From Flavobacteriales bacterium (GTDB lineage Bacteria; Bacteroidota; Bacteroidia; Flavobacteriales; Flavobacteriaceae), in assembly GCA_027032855.1 (NCBI GenBank), contig JALVLX010000153.1:1-28018 (forward strand): DNA of 28,018 bases, in the 5' to 3' direction. Position 1 is the stretch's first letter. Every line of letters begins with the position of its first letter. Shown in pieces: positions 1-9,065 of the stretch. Made by a program: the position numbers and the translations under genes. A model generated the notes under the pieces. The model saw only the letters and a list, made by a program, of their open reading frames with translations. It was not told where the DNA came from and did no database searches.

Positions 1-2
1 TC

Positions 3-155
3 GGGATTACCGTGTCTATGCTTTATATTTTATTTGACCGGATTTTTGGTATTATGGTTATCAAGTCCGGCTTTAATCCGTTTTTTGCCGCTTGGATTCC
101 CAATATCATTTTCGGTATTTTGGCGGTGTATTTGGTTATGCGGGCTAAGAAGTGA
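3..155 (+). CDS. 3' end of LptF/LptG (YjgP/YjgQ) family LPS export permease, partial
   Basis: Frame 3 is open from the window edge to TGA at 153-155 and reads GITVSMLYILFDRIFGIMVIKSGFNPFFAAWIPNIIFGILAVYLVMRAKK. The 'aW.PNiifg.la.yl' ending is characteristic of LptF/G C-termini. It is absent from the supplied ORF track. LptF versus LptG cannot be resolved from this fragment. Confidence 0.85.
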   Translation, partial: GITVSMLYILFDRIFGIMVIKSGFNPFFAAWIPNIIFGILAVYLVMRAKK

Positions 156-167
156 TAATTTATAGGT

Positions 168-479
168 ATGTTTACAGCCATAATTTTTATATTCTTTTCA
201 GTTTTGTTTTTCAAACCGTTAATACGTCTGACGGGTAAATTCTTATTGTTATTATTCTTGCCGGTATTAATGATTTACTATCTTTTTATTCCTGAGAAAA
301 GAGGAGAAGTTTTGAAAGTGTTAAGCGTTTTTTTATTGCCGTTTTATTTCTTCTTTTTGCCTTTTATCGTAGCTTTTAAGAAACGACAGACAGAACCCGG
401 ATTAGCTGTAGGCTTAACGGTTCTTTGGTCGTTGACTTATGTGATTTTGACGATTGATTTATTTAAGAGTTTTGGGTAG
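168..479 (+). CDS. small hypothetical membrane protein (2-3 TM)
   Basis: 103 aa, strongly hydrophobic segments, starts 12 bp after the LptF/G stop, so probably co-transcribed. No family recognised. Confidence 0.6.
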   Translation: MFTAIIFIFFSVLFFKPLIRLTGKFLLLLFLPVLMIYYLFIPEKRGEVLKVLSVFLLPFYFFFLPFIVAFKKRQTEPGLAVGLTVLWSLTYVILTIDLFKSFG

Positions 480-481
480 CG

Positions 482-501
482 TAAGTTCAATTAGTAAATG
501 C
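482..501. repeat. 20-bp direct repeat, copy 1 (TAAGTTCAATTAGTAAATGC)
   Basis: Identical to 10459-10478. Starts 3 bp after the stop of ORF 168-479. Confidence 0.95.
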
Positions 502-603
502 GACTTTTAGGAACATAAATAAAGACTTTATTTTATTCTCTTTCCTTTGTTCTTATTGGCTTTTAGTATATAAAAAACAAATATTTATAACAATTTTTTT
601 TAT

Positions 604-611
604 TATATTTG
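604..611 (+). promoter_or_regulatory. Bacteroidetes housekeeping sigma -7 element (TATATTTG)
   Basis: Matches the TAnnTTTG consensus, is preceded by a T-rich tract, and lies 80 bp upstream of the ATG at 692. Confidence 0.6.
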
Positions 612-691
612 ATTTTCAGAAACATAAATTTTAGAAATTACTCATTCCGGTTTTTATCAAACAAGAATGTTTTTAATATAAAAGTTGAAAT

Positions 692-1756
692 ATGGAAAAC
701 AACAATGAAAAATTGATTATTACTATCGTAAAAGGTATGGTAAATTATTTGGATGATGGGGGAGAGCTCGAACAAAAGTATAATTCTTATCTCGAATCAA
801 ATGATGAACGTGATAAATACGGCAAAAACAAGTACAAGGAATTGGGCAATATGGTTTATATTAATTTTCCATTACCAATAGGTACACCTTTAAGGCAATT
901 TTTTAGCTTGGAGTTTGGAAAATTAGAACGTTTTCGCAAGATGATGATAGTCTTTGACAGACTTTTAAAGTATGTATTATACACCATGGTAGCCGAACTA
1001 TGGGATATGGTAAAACAAAAAAATATCACTTTATCCCCGGAAGTTCAAAAGACTTTGGAAGAATGGTTTCATGCCTCTGATTCTAAAGGAAAACTTTGGA
1101 AACATATAAAAGTAATCACAAAATTTTATAAAGAAACCAACACGAAATATCTTGATGCCATAGAGCTTCATACTATTTTTACCGATAGCGTCAAGAAGAA
1201 AATTTCAGCACTAATTGAAGTCAGAAATTATGCTTCCGATCACAAGGATAACGACTTGGAACGAATAGATTTTGCCGGAGTGGAAAATCTTTTTGCGGAA
1301 ATAATGCAAAACTTTTCTTTTGTGGTAAAACGAAAATTTGTAATGATTGAAAAGATAGCTGTTTATAAACAAAAATATGAAAATGTTGAATATCAACATA
1401 ATATCAAAGAATTTGAAACAGGACAAATCTTGAAACAAAAAATTGACAGTTATTATGAAAATAATGCCATTGCACTCATTGATAATATTTACAAAAAACC
1501 TGAATTTTATCTTAACCTGAGTCCTTTGATAATTTTTATCAATAAGGAAGAAAAAGACGGTTCTTCTCAAGGATTTCAATTTCTCAAAACAATCATAAAA
1601 GGTATAGGAATATTTAACAAGCAGGCATCATCAAACAAACTGATTTATGAAATAGTAAAAGATAAAGGTACAACAGTTAAAATAGACGATTACAATGTAG
1701 CGCTATTTAATAAGATGAAAGAGGATTTGCTCACAACCAAAACCGGAGAAAAATGA
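692..1756 (+). CDS. hypothetical cytoplasmic protein with HEPN-like Rx5H motif; STAND-associated
   Basis: 354 aa with no signal peptide or TM. Helical core contains LIEVRNYASDH (R178-H184). ATGA overlap with the downstream NTPase indicates translational coupling. Confidence 0.75.
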   Translation: MENNNEKLIITIVKGMVNYLDDGGELEQKYNSYLESNDERDKYGKNKYKELGNMVYINFPLPIGTPLRQFFSLEFGKLERFRKMMIVFDRLLKYVLYTMVAELWDMVKQKNITLSPEVQKTLEEWFHASDSKGKLWKHIKVITKFYKETNTKYLDAIELHTIFTDSVKKKISALIEVRNYASDHKDNDLERIDFAGVENLFAEIMQNFSFVVKRKFVMIEKIAVYKQKYENVEYQHNIKEFETGQILKQKIDSYYENNAIALIDNIYKKPEFYLNLSPLIIFINKEEKDGSSQGFQFLKTIIKGIGIFNKQASSNKLIYEIVKDKGTTVKIDDYNVALFNKMKEDLLTTKTGEK

Positions 1757-3612
1757 GACAAAAACAAATATTCAAATTTTTAGATCCATACCTGAAAGAA
1801 GATAAAAACTATTTTTTCGGAAGGGAAAAAGAGACTTATGAAGTATTTTATAAACTCGGAGAATCAAAATTGTTACTTCTATACGGCGCATCCGGTACCG
1901 GTAAAACAAGTATTCTAAACTGTGGTGTGGCAAATATGTTTGATGAATCGGATTGGTTCCCCATTGAGGTAAGGAGAAAAAATAATATTATCAAATCTCT
2001 TTCTCTTGAGATTGAAAAGATATTAAATATCAGTGTTACGGATTTGGAAAACATTGATCAATATTTATATTCTGTCTATTTGGAAAATTACAAACCCGTT
2101 TATCTTATTTTCGATCAGTTTGAGGAATTGTTTATTTCCGGTAGTAGCGAAGAAACTGAACAGTTCAAAAAAATTCTAAAACAGCTATTAAATGCAAGTT
2201 TTGACCTCAAGGTAATATTGTCTATACGGGAAGAATATCTCGCTTATATTACAGATTTTGAAGATGAGATACCCGGTATTTTTGAAAATAAAGTGCGTAT
2301 TGAGAAAATGTCTCCGGTAAAAGCCAGAGACGTGGTGCTGAAAACCTGCAAAGCTTATGGCATAGAATTACAGAATGACGAAGAAACTGCAAAAAAAATA
2401 ATAGAGCTACTCGGAAGTCACCGTTTTGGGATAGAACTGACGTATCTACAGGTATTGCTGGATAAATTGTACCGTATTGCTTACAAGAAAAATCCGGACT
2501 ATATAGTTTTTGATGATGCCGTTATAGCGGAAGCCGGAACTGTTGAAGATGTTCTCGCGGATTTTCTCGAAGAACAACTTCACAAAATGGAAGATACCAA
2601 ACTTGCATGGCAAATACTCAAAACATTTGTCTCGGCAGAGGGGACCAAATTGACGCTCAGCAAACAAGCAATCAACGACACACTTAAAGGGCGGAAAATA
2701 AATATCACACAAAAAAGTCTTAATAAATATATCAATGCCTTCCTCAATATAAAGATACTGCGATTGCTCAATGAAGAAGAAGGGGATTTTTATGAATTGG
2801 CTCATGATAGTCTTGCCAAAAAGATATACGAAAATATGACTTCGGAAGAAAAACTTACTCTCGAAGTCCGGAATTTTTTAGTAACATCATACAAAAATCA
2901 TCTTCATACCGGAGGATTGCTCAATAAAAATGATATTTTCTACATTGAGCCATATATCGATAAATTGAATATTGACAAGGATATATTGCAATTTTTCAAC
3001 AAAAGCAAGGCGCATATCCGGAGAAAAAAAATGATAATGATTGCATTGGTATCCTTTGTTGTCTTGATACTGACCGGTATTACTATTTATTCACTGCAAC
3101 AAAAAGCTAAGGCGGAAAAAGCTTATAGAGACTTTAAGCAAGCCCAATACAAAATAAATATTAACAAAGCTGAAAATGCCCAAAAGTTGCCGGATTACAA
3201 AACGGCTATAGACTATTATAATGTAGCAAAAGAATTTATTGACACAGTTGATAAGTCCCCCAAAAATATCTCTCTTATTAAGTCTATTGATTCCGTTATT
3301 GATGTTTGCCAACAAAAATTGAACAAAAAGCTTGAATTTGAAAAATTGCTGTCTCAATCCGATTCATTAAAAAATGAAAAGATGTATGTAGCAAGTCTTA
3401 ACAAACAAATCCAAGCTCAAAAAACAGGTTATAAAGATATCAGCAATCAAATCATAAAGAATTGGCAAGAGATGAAATCCGAGCTCAATAAAAGAAAAAA
3501 AGATTATGAAGAATCGGAAAAATATATACTGAGTAAAAAAGTAGAAGCCAGATTGGATAGCCTTTGTCAATTGATGAAAGAAAATAATTTGATAGATAGT
3601 TGTAACAAATAA
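1753..3612 (+). CDS. nSTAND1-type P-loop NTPase with one TM helix and a C-terminal helical/TPR-like extracytoplasmic region
   Basis: N-terminal FKFLDPY...FFGREKE, Walker A GASGTGKT (aa 45-52), Walker B YLIFDQFEELF (aa 117-127), 'ILSIREEY', winged-helix motif YELAHDSLA, TM at about aa 427-448 preceded by RRKK. Confidence 0.9.
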   Translation: MRQKQIFKFLDPYLKEDKNYFFGREKETYEVFYKLGESKLLLLYGASGTGKTSILNCGVANMFDESDWFPIEVRRKNNIIKSLSLEIEKILNISVTDLENIDQYLYSVYLENYKPVYLIFDQFEELFISGSSEETEQFKKILKQLLNASFDLKVILSIREEYLAYITDFEDEIPGIFENKVRIEKMSPVKARDVVLKTCKAYGIELQNDEETAKKIIELLGSHRFGIELTYLQVLLDKLYRIAYKKNPDYIVFDDAVIAEAGTVEDVLADFLEEQLHKMEDTKLAWQILKTFVSAEGTKLTLSKQAINDTLKGRKINITQKSLNKYINAFLNIKILRLLNEEEGDFYELAHDSLAKKIYENMTSEEKLTLEVRNFLVTSYKNHLHTGGLLNKNDIFYIEPYIDKLNIDKDILQFFNKSKAHIRRKKMIMIALVSFVVLILTGITIYSLQQKAKAEKAYRDFKQAQYKININKAENAQKLPDYKTAIDYYNVAKEFIDTVDKSPKNISLIKSIDSVIDVCQQKLNKKLEFEKLLSQSDSLKNEKMYVASLNKQIQAQKTGYKDISNQIIKNWQEMKSELNKRKKDYEESEKYILSKKVEARLDSLCQLMKENNLIDSCNK

Positions 3613-3624
3613 TATTGATGTAAA

Positions 3625-6270
3625 ATGAAAAAACTACTCTTATCCATTGTATTTATTGCTATGACCTTTGTTGCGAAGGCACAAATAGACGATTACCGGT
3701 ATTTAATGAATGAAGCGGATAAAGACTTCAAAGCCCAACGGTATATCGATGCTTTTGCCGGCTACGACCTGGCAAAAGACGCTTTAAACAGCAACAATCC
3801 AAAGCATTTGCCTTATATCAAAGAGGCAAAAAAGAAAAAAGAGATATGCAAAAAAAAGATAGAGCAACAGCAAAAGGCATTGAAAGTCGCATTGCGAAAA
3901 GCAAAAATTGCCCTTAATCGTGCCGATTCTCTAAACCGGATAAACCAAAAAATAATCAATGCCTTTTATTTTTATGATAATAAATTTGCATTGGCTTATA
4001 GAAATTACAATTATGGCTATATTGACAAGCAGGGAAACGTAAAAATAGACTATAAATACGATGAAGCAATACCGTTTGATAGGGCCACAGGATTTGCTAA
4101 AGTAAAAAAAAATAACACCTATTATTTAATCGACACAACCGGCACCGAATACAAACTGGCTACCGATGTGGCACAACTGGATAGTAGTATTGAAGCATTG
4201 GATTTACACGGAAAAGAACTAAAAAGCATTCCAAAAGAAGTATTTAATACTACGCAATTAAAAATACTGTTTCTATCAGGAAATAATATTTCAACTCTTC
4301 CCGCTGAAATTGGTCAATTGTCCTATCTTTCGGAATTGGATTTAAGCGATAATGAACTCACTGCTCTTCCCCCAGAAATTGGTCAATTGTCCTATCTTTC
4401 GGAATTGTATTTAAGCGATAATGAAATCACTGCTCTTCCCCCAGAAATCGGAAAACTTTCTAAACTAAAGAAATTGGATTTAGGTTCATTTTTTAAAGAG
4501 AATAAATTAACTGTTCCTCCAGAAATTGGTCAATTGCATAACCTTACTTTTTTAGATTTAATGAATAATAACCTCACCTTTCTTCCCTCTGAAATCGGTA
4601 AATTAACCAAGCTAACCGAATTAAATTTAAGCTTTAATAAGCTCTCCACACTGCCACCTGAGATTGGTAAATTGACCAAGCTAATTGAATTAGATTTAAC
4701 CGGTAATCAGCTCACCACACTGCCATCGGAAATCGTACAATTAACCAATCTAACCAAATTAGATTTAAGCTCAAATCAACACACTGCATTGCCCGCTGAA
4801 ATCGGTCACTTGACCAATCTAACTGAATTAGATTTAAGTAATAATCAGCTCATCACACTACCCCCTGAAATCGCTCAATTGCACAATCTTACCTATTTAA
4901 GATTAAATAATAATAAGCTTACTAAACTTCCCCCTGAAATCGGCCATTTGACCAAGATAACCGGATTATATTTAAGTGATAATAAGCTCACCTTACTTCC
5001 CCCTGAAATCGCTCAATTACACAATCTTACCTATTTAAGATTAGATAATAATAAGCTTACCAAACTTCCAGCTGAAATCGGTCAATTATCCAATCTAACT
5101 GAATTAGATTTAAGTAATAATCAGCTCATCACACTACCCCCTGAAATCGCTCAATTGCACAATCTTACCTATTTAAGATTAAATAATAATAAGCTTACTA
5201 AACTTCCCCCTGAAATCGGCCATTTGACCAAGATAACCGGATTATATTTAAGTGATAATAAGCTTACCTTACTTCCCCCTGAAATCGCTCAATTACACAA
5301 TCTTACCTATTTAAGATTAGATAATAATAAGCTTACCAAACTTCCAGCTGAAATCGGTCAATTATCCAATCTAAAGAGATTAAATTTAAGGGATAATAAA
5401 CTTACAGCTATTCCCCCAGAAATTGGTCAATTGTCCAATCTTTATGATCTTAACTTAAGCTTTAATCAGCTCACCACATTGCCACCTGAAATCGGCCATT
5501 TGACCAATCTTACCTATTTAAATTTACTTAATAATCAGCTAAATACACTACCTCTTGAAATTGGCAAGCTTCATAGGTTGAGGAAGCTATATTTTGATGG
5601 TAATAATATATCCGCCATTCCGGATGAAATTTTAAATATGAACATTTTTTCCGCAAAAGTTTTATCAATTATTGCAGGACAGTTTTTCGATAAAAAGAAT
5701 TATAAAGAAGCCTTAAAATGTTATCTTAAAGCAGTTGAAAAAGACAGTTCAAACAAATATGCTTATGCTAATGCCGGACTGTGCTACCGGCTACTTGGAG
5801 ATTATAAAAACGCCATTAAATATTTTAATAAAAGACTTACATTCGATAAAAACAATATTTGGGCTTTGAATCAGTTGAGATATACCTATTCAAAGATGAA
5901 AGAATACAATAAAGCTTATGAATATGCCAAACGCTTGACAACGTTAGAACCCGGGAATTATAATTATCACTACGGTATTAGCTTTTATGCATTATTCGTC
6001 AATAAACCTAAAGAAGCGATAAAGGCGGCAAAAAAAACACTGGAACTAAAACCGGATGCCTTGGGTGTGGAAACAAACCTTGCCCTTGGCTATCTGCTTT
6101 CCAATCAATGGGACAAAGCGGAGGCTATCTATAAAAAGTGGAAAGGCAAGCATTTTCCGGATGATGACAAATTGTGTGATGAGGTTTTTTTACAAGATAT
6201 AAAAGACCTTGAAGCCGCAGGCATCAAGCACAAAGACTTTGAGAAAGTAAAGAAAATGTTTGAAAAATAA
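3625..6270 (+). CDS. secreted WG-repeat / LRR / TPR protein, paralog 1
   Basis: Sec-type signal peptide ([19 protein letters not shown]|Q), helical N-domain, WG-like repeat [22 protein letters not shown], 20 LPPEIG-type LRRs after an N-cap repeat, about 4 TPRs, helical C-cap. Confidence 0.9.
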   Translation: MKKLLLSIVFIAMTFVAKAQIDDYRYLMNEADKDFKAQRYIDAFAGYDLAKDALNSNNPKHLPYIKEAKKKKEICKKKIEQQQKALKVALRKAKIALNRADSLNRINQKIINAFYFYDNKFALAYRNYNYGYIDKQGNVKIDYKYDEAIPFDRATGFAKVKKNNTYYLIDTTGTEYKLATDVAQLDSSIEALDLHGKELKSIPKEVFNTTQLKILFLSGNNISTLPAEIGQLSYLSELDLSDNELTALPPEIGQLSYLSELYLSDNEITALPPEIGKLSKLKKLDLGSFFKENKLTVPPEIGQLHNLTFLDLMNNNLTFLPSEIGKLTKLTELNLSFNKLSTLPPEIGKLTKLIELDLTGNQLTTLPSEIVQLTNLTKLDLSSNQHTALPAEIGHLTNLTELDLSNNQLITLPPEIAQLHNLTYLRLNNNKLTKLPPEIGHLTKITGLYLSDNKLTLLPPEIAQLHNLTYLRLDNNKLTKLPAEIGQLSNLTELDLSNNQLITLPPEIAQLHNLTYLRLNNNKLTKLPPEIGHLTKITGLYLSDNKLTLLPPEIAQLHNLTYLRLDNNKLTKLPAEIGQLSNLKRLNLRDNKLTAIPPEIGQLSNLYDLNLSFNQLTTLPPEIGHLTNLTYLNLLNNQLNTLPLEIGKLHRLRKLYFDGNNISAIPDEILNMNIFSAKVLSIIAGQFFDKKNYKEALKCYLKAVEKDSSNKYAYANAGLCYRLLGDYKNAIKYFNKRLTFDKNNIWALNQLRYTYSKMKEYNKAYEYAKRLTTLEPGNYNYHYGISFYALFVNKPKEAIKAAKKTLELKPDALGVETNLALGYLLSNQWDKAEAIYKKWKGKHFPDDDKLCDEVFLQDIKDLEAAGIKHKDFEKVKKMFEK
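4306..4448 (+). repeat. recent single-LRR (69-bp) tandem duplication
   Basis: 4306-4374 and 4375-4443 differ at two bases: gat>tat and ctc>atc. Confidence 0.9.
4814..5374 (+). repeat. recent 276-bp (4-LRR) tandem duplication
   Basis: 4814-5089 versus 5090-5365, with one synonymous mismatch seen (ctc/ctt). A 9-bp start of a third period lies at 5366-5374. Confidence 0.95.
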
Positions 6271-6335
6271 TGTAGATATTTAGGAATATGTTTTTGAGAT
6301 GAAACCGGTATGATTAAAATAATACTTTTAAACTG

Positions 6336-9041
6336 ATGAAAAAACTACTCTTATCCATTGTATTTATTGCTATGACCTTTGTTGCGAAGGCACAAATAGA
6401 CGATTACCGGTATTTAATGAATGAAGCGGATAAAGACTTCAAAGCCCAACGGTATATCAATGCTTTTGCCGGCTACGACCTGGCAAAAGACGCTTTAAAC
6501 AGCAACAATCCAAAGCATTTGCCTTTTATCAAAGAGGCAAAAAAGAAAAAAGAGATATGCAAAAAAAAGATAGAGCAACAGCAAAAGGCATTGAAAGTCG
6601 CTTTGCAAAAAGCAAAAACTGCCCTTAACCGTGCCGATTCTCTAAACCGGATAAACCAAAAAATAATCAATGCCTTTTATTTTTATGACGATAAATTTGC
6701 ATTGGCTTATAATAATGGCAAGTATGGTTTTATTGACAAACAGGGAAACGTAAAAATAAACTATAAATACGATGAAGCAATACCGTTTGATAAAAGAACC
6801 GGTTTAGCCAAAGTAAAACAAAATGACACTTATTATTTAATCGACACTACCGGCACCGAATACAAACTGGCTACTGATATAGCACAACTGGATAGTAGCA
6901 TTGAAGCACTTGATTTGAGCAATAAAAAACTTAAAGCTATCCCAAAAGAAGTTTTTAATAATACCCATTTAAAAATACTATTACTATCAAATAATAATAT
7001 TTCAACTCTTCCCGCTGAAATCGGTCAATTGCGTAACCTTATTTATTTAGATATACATTATAATAAACTAATCTCACTTCCATTAGAAATCGGTCAATTA
7101 CATAATCTTACTTTTTTAAATTTAGGATATAATAAACTTACCACCCTTCCTGCTGAGCTTGGTCAATTGACCAAGCTAACCGGATTATATTTAAGTGATA
7201 ATCAGCTCACCACACTACCCCCTGAAATCGGCCTCTTGTCGAAGCTAACCAGTTTAAATTTATGGAATAATAAGCTCACCACACTGCCCCCTGACATCGG
7301 CAAATTGACCAAGCTAACCGAATTATATTTAAACAGTAATCAGCTCACCACACTGCCCCCTGAAATCGTACAATTGTCCAAGCTAACCAAAATAGATCTA
7401 AGTATTAATCAGTTCACCTCACTGCCCTCTGAAATTGGTCACTTGACCAACCTGACCGAATTAGATTTAAGATCTAATAAGCTCACCATATTGCCCCCTG
7501 AAATCATACTTTTAACTAAGCTAACCGAATTAGATTTAAGTTTTAATCAGCTCGCCTCACTACCTCCTGAAATTGGTCAATTAACCGAGCTAACCAAATT
7601 AGAATTAGGCTATAATAAGCTCACTACACTGCCTCCTGAAATCGGCCACTTGACCAAGCTAACCAGTTTAAATTTATGGAATAATAAGCTCACCACACTG
7701 CCACTGGAAATCGGTCACTTGACCAAGCTAACCGAATTATATTTAAACTTAAATCAGCTCACCACATTGCCCCCTGAAATCGGTCACTTGACCAATCTTA
7801 TCTATTTAGATTTTTTATCAAATAAGCTCACCACACTGCCCTCTGAAATTGGAAAATTGACCAATCTTACCTATTTACGTTTACACAATAATAATTTCAC
7901 TACACTGCCCGCTGAAATCTGTAAATTGACCAAGCTAAACGAATTAGATTTAAGCTATAATCAGCTCGCCTCATTGCCCACTGAGATTGTACAATTGAGC
8001 AAGCTAACCAAATTATATTTAAAAGGTAATCAGCTCACCACATTGTCCCCCGAAATTGGTCAATTAACCAATCTAACCGGATTATATTTAAGCAGTAATC
8101 AGCTCACCTCGTTGCCCACTGAGATTGTACAATTGAGCAATCTAACCGATTTAATTTTAAGCTATAATAAGCTCGTCACACTACCCTCTGAAATCGGTCA
8201 CTTGACCAATCTAACTGGATTGTATTTAAGAAATAATCAGCTCGCCACACTGCCACGAGACATCGTAAAATTGACTAATCTAACCGAATTAGATTTAAGA
8301 TATAATCAGCTGACTTCACTTCCCCCTGAAATTGGCAAGCTTCATAAGTTGAGGATGCTATATTTTGATGGTAATAATATATCCGCCATTCCGGATGAAA
8401 TTTTAAATATGAATATTTTTTCTGCTAAAGATTTATCATATTTTGCAGGACAGTTTTTCGATAAAAAGAATTATAAAGAAGCTTTAAAATGTTATCTTAA
8501 AGCAGTTGAAAAAGACAGTACTGATACATATTCATATGCTAATGCCGGACTTTGCTACCGGCTTCTCGGAGATTACAACAATGCCATTAAATATTTTAAC
8601 AAAAGACTTTCATTTGATAAAGATAATACTTGGGCTTTGTCGCAGTTGATGCATACGTATTCCGATATGAAACAATACAATAAAGCTTATGAATATGCCA
8701 AACGATTGACAACATTAGAATCCGGTAATTATAATTACCATTACAATCTAAGCTTTTATGCATTATTCGCCAATAAACCTGAAGAAGCCATAACAGCAGC
8801 TCAAAAAACACTGGAACTAAAACCGGATGCCATAAGTGTGGAAACGAACCTTGCCCTTGGCTATCTGCTTTCCAATCAATGGGACAAAGCAGAAGCTATC
8901 TATAAAAAGTGGAAAGGCAAGCATTTTCCGGACGACGACAGATTGTGTGATGAGGTTTTTTTACAAGATATAAAAGACCTTGAAGCCGCAGGCATCAAGC
9001 ATAAAGACTTTGAGAAAGTAAAGAAAATGTTTGAAAAATAA
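6336..9041 (+). CDS. secreted WG-repeat / LRR / TPR protein, paralog 2
   Basis: Same architecture as 3625-6270 with near-identical N- and C-termini; 21 regular LRRs after the N-cap repeat. Confidence 0.9.
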   Translation: MKKLLLSIVFIAMTFVAKAQIDDYRYLMNEADKDFKAQRYINAFAGYDLAKDALNSNNPKHLPFIKEAKKKKEICKKKIEQQQKALKVALQKAKTALNRADSLNRINQKIINAFYFYDDKFALAYNNGKYGFIDKQGNVKINYKYDEAIPFDKRTGLAKVKQNDTYYLIDTTGTEYKLATDIAQLDSSIEALDLSNKKLKAIPKEVFNNTHLKILLLSNNNISTLPAEIGQLRNLIYLDIHYNKLISLPLEIGQLHNLTFLNLGYNKLTTLPAELGQLTKLTGLYLSDNQLTTLPPEIGLLSKLTSLNLWNNKLTTLPPDIGKLTKLTELYLNSNQLTTLPPEIVQLSKLTKIDLSINQFTSLPSEIGHLTNLTELDLRSNKLTILPPEIILLTKLTELDLSFNQLASLPPEIGQLTELTKLELGYNKLTTLPPEIGHLTKLTSLNLWNNKLTTLPLEIGHLTKLTELYLNLNQLTTLPPEIGHLTNLIYLDFLSNKLTTLPSEIGKLTNLTYLRLHNNNFTTLPAEICKLTKLNELDLSYNQLASLPTEIVQLSKLTKLYLKGNQLTTLSPEIGQLTNLTGLYLSSNQLTSLPTEIVQLSNLTDLILSYNKLVTLPSEIGHLTNLTGLYLRNNQLATLPRDIVKLTNLTELDLRYNQLTSLPPEIGKLHKLRMLYFDGNNISAIPDEILNMNIFSAKDLSYFAGQFFDKKNYKEALKCYLKAVEKDSTDTYSYANAGLCYRLLGDYNNAIKYFNKRLSFDKDNTWALSQLMHTYSDMKQYNKAYEYAKRLTTLESGNYNYHYNLSFYALFANKPEEAITAAQKTLELKPDAISVETNLALGYLLSNQWDKAEAIYKKWKGKHFPDDDRLCDEVFLQDIKDLEAAGIKHKDFEKVKKMFEK
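6900..8411 (+). repeat. LRR coding array, 69-bp unit, paralog 2
   Basis: 21 regular 23-aa units counted; no recent perfect duplication seen. Confidence 0.95.
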
Positions 9042-9065
9042 TATCGGTATTTTTAAAAAACATAT

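Larger units (their letters stand above)
4189..5640 (+). repeat. LRR coding array, 69-bp (23-aa) unit, paralog 1
   Basis: Consensus LPPEIGxLxxLxxLxLxxNxLxx. 20 units counted after IEALDL, one of them 26 aa. Confidence 0.95.

Noticed and set aside
23-214. 63-aa minus-strand ORF
   Set aside because: Antisense shadow of the LptF/G C-terminus found in + frame 3.
482-501. 20-mer as a dif/Xer, integron attC or tRNA 3'-end att site
   Set aside because: It has no dyad symmetry like dif, no GTTRRRY core pair, and no tRNA structure nearby.
6299-6313. Mini-ORF MKPV* after paralog 1, echoing the MKPE start of the CorA-like gene after paralog 2
   Set aside because: Only about 9 bp match (TGAAACCGG). 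It could be a duplication scar but cannot be distinguished from chance.
4189-8411. 69-bp periodicity as a CRISPR array
   Set aside because: The periodicity is in-frame protein LRR coding with no repeat-spacer structure and no cas genes.
4189-8411. Diversity-generating retroelement acting on the LRRs (many GAT/TAT/AAT swaps)
   Set aside because: No reverse transcriptase or template repeat in the window. Variable codons include TGG, AGA, AAA and ATG, and T-ending codons are expected in AT-rich DNA.
3625-9041. Roco (LRR-Roc-COR) proteins or T9SS cargo
   Set aside because: No GTPase motifs follow the LRRs, and the C-terminus is helical, unlike a beta-rich T9SS CTD.
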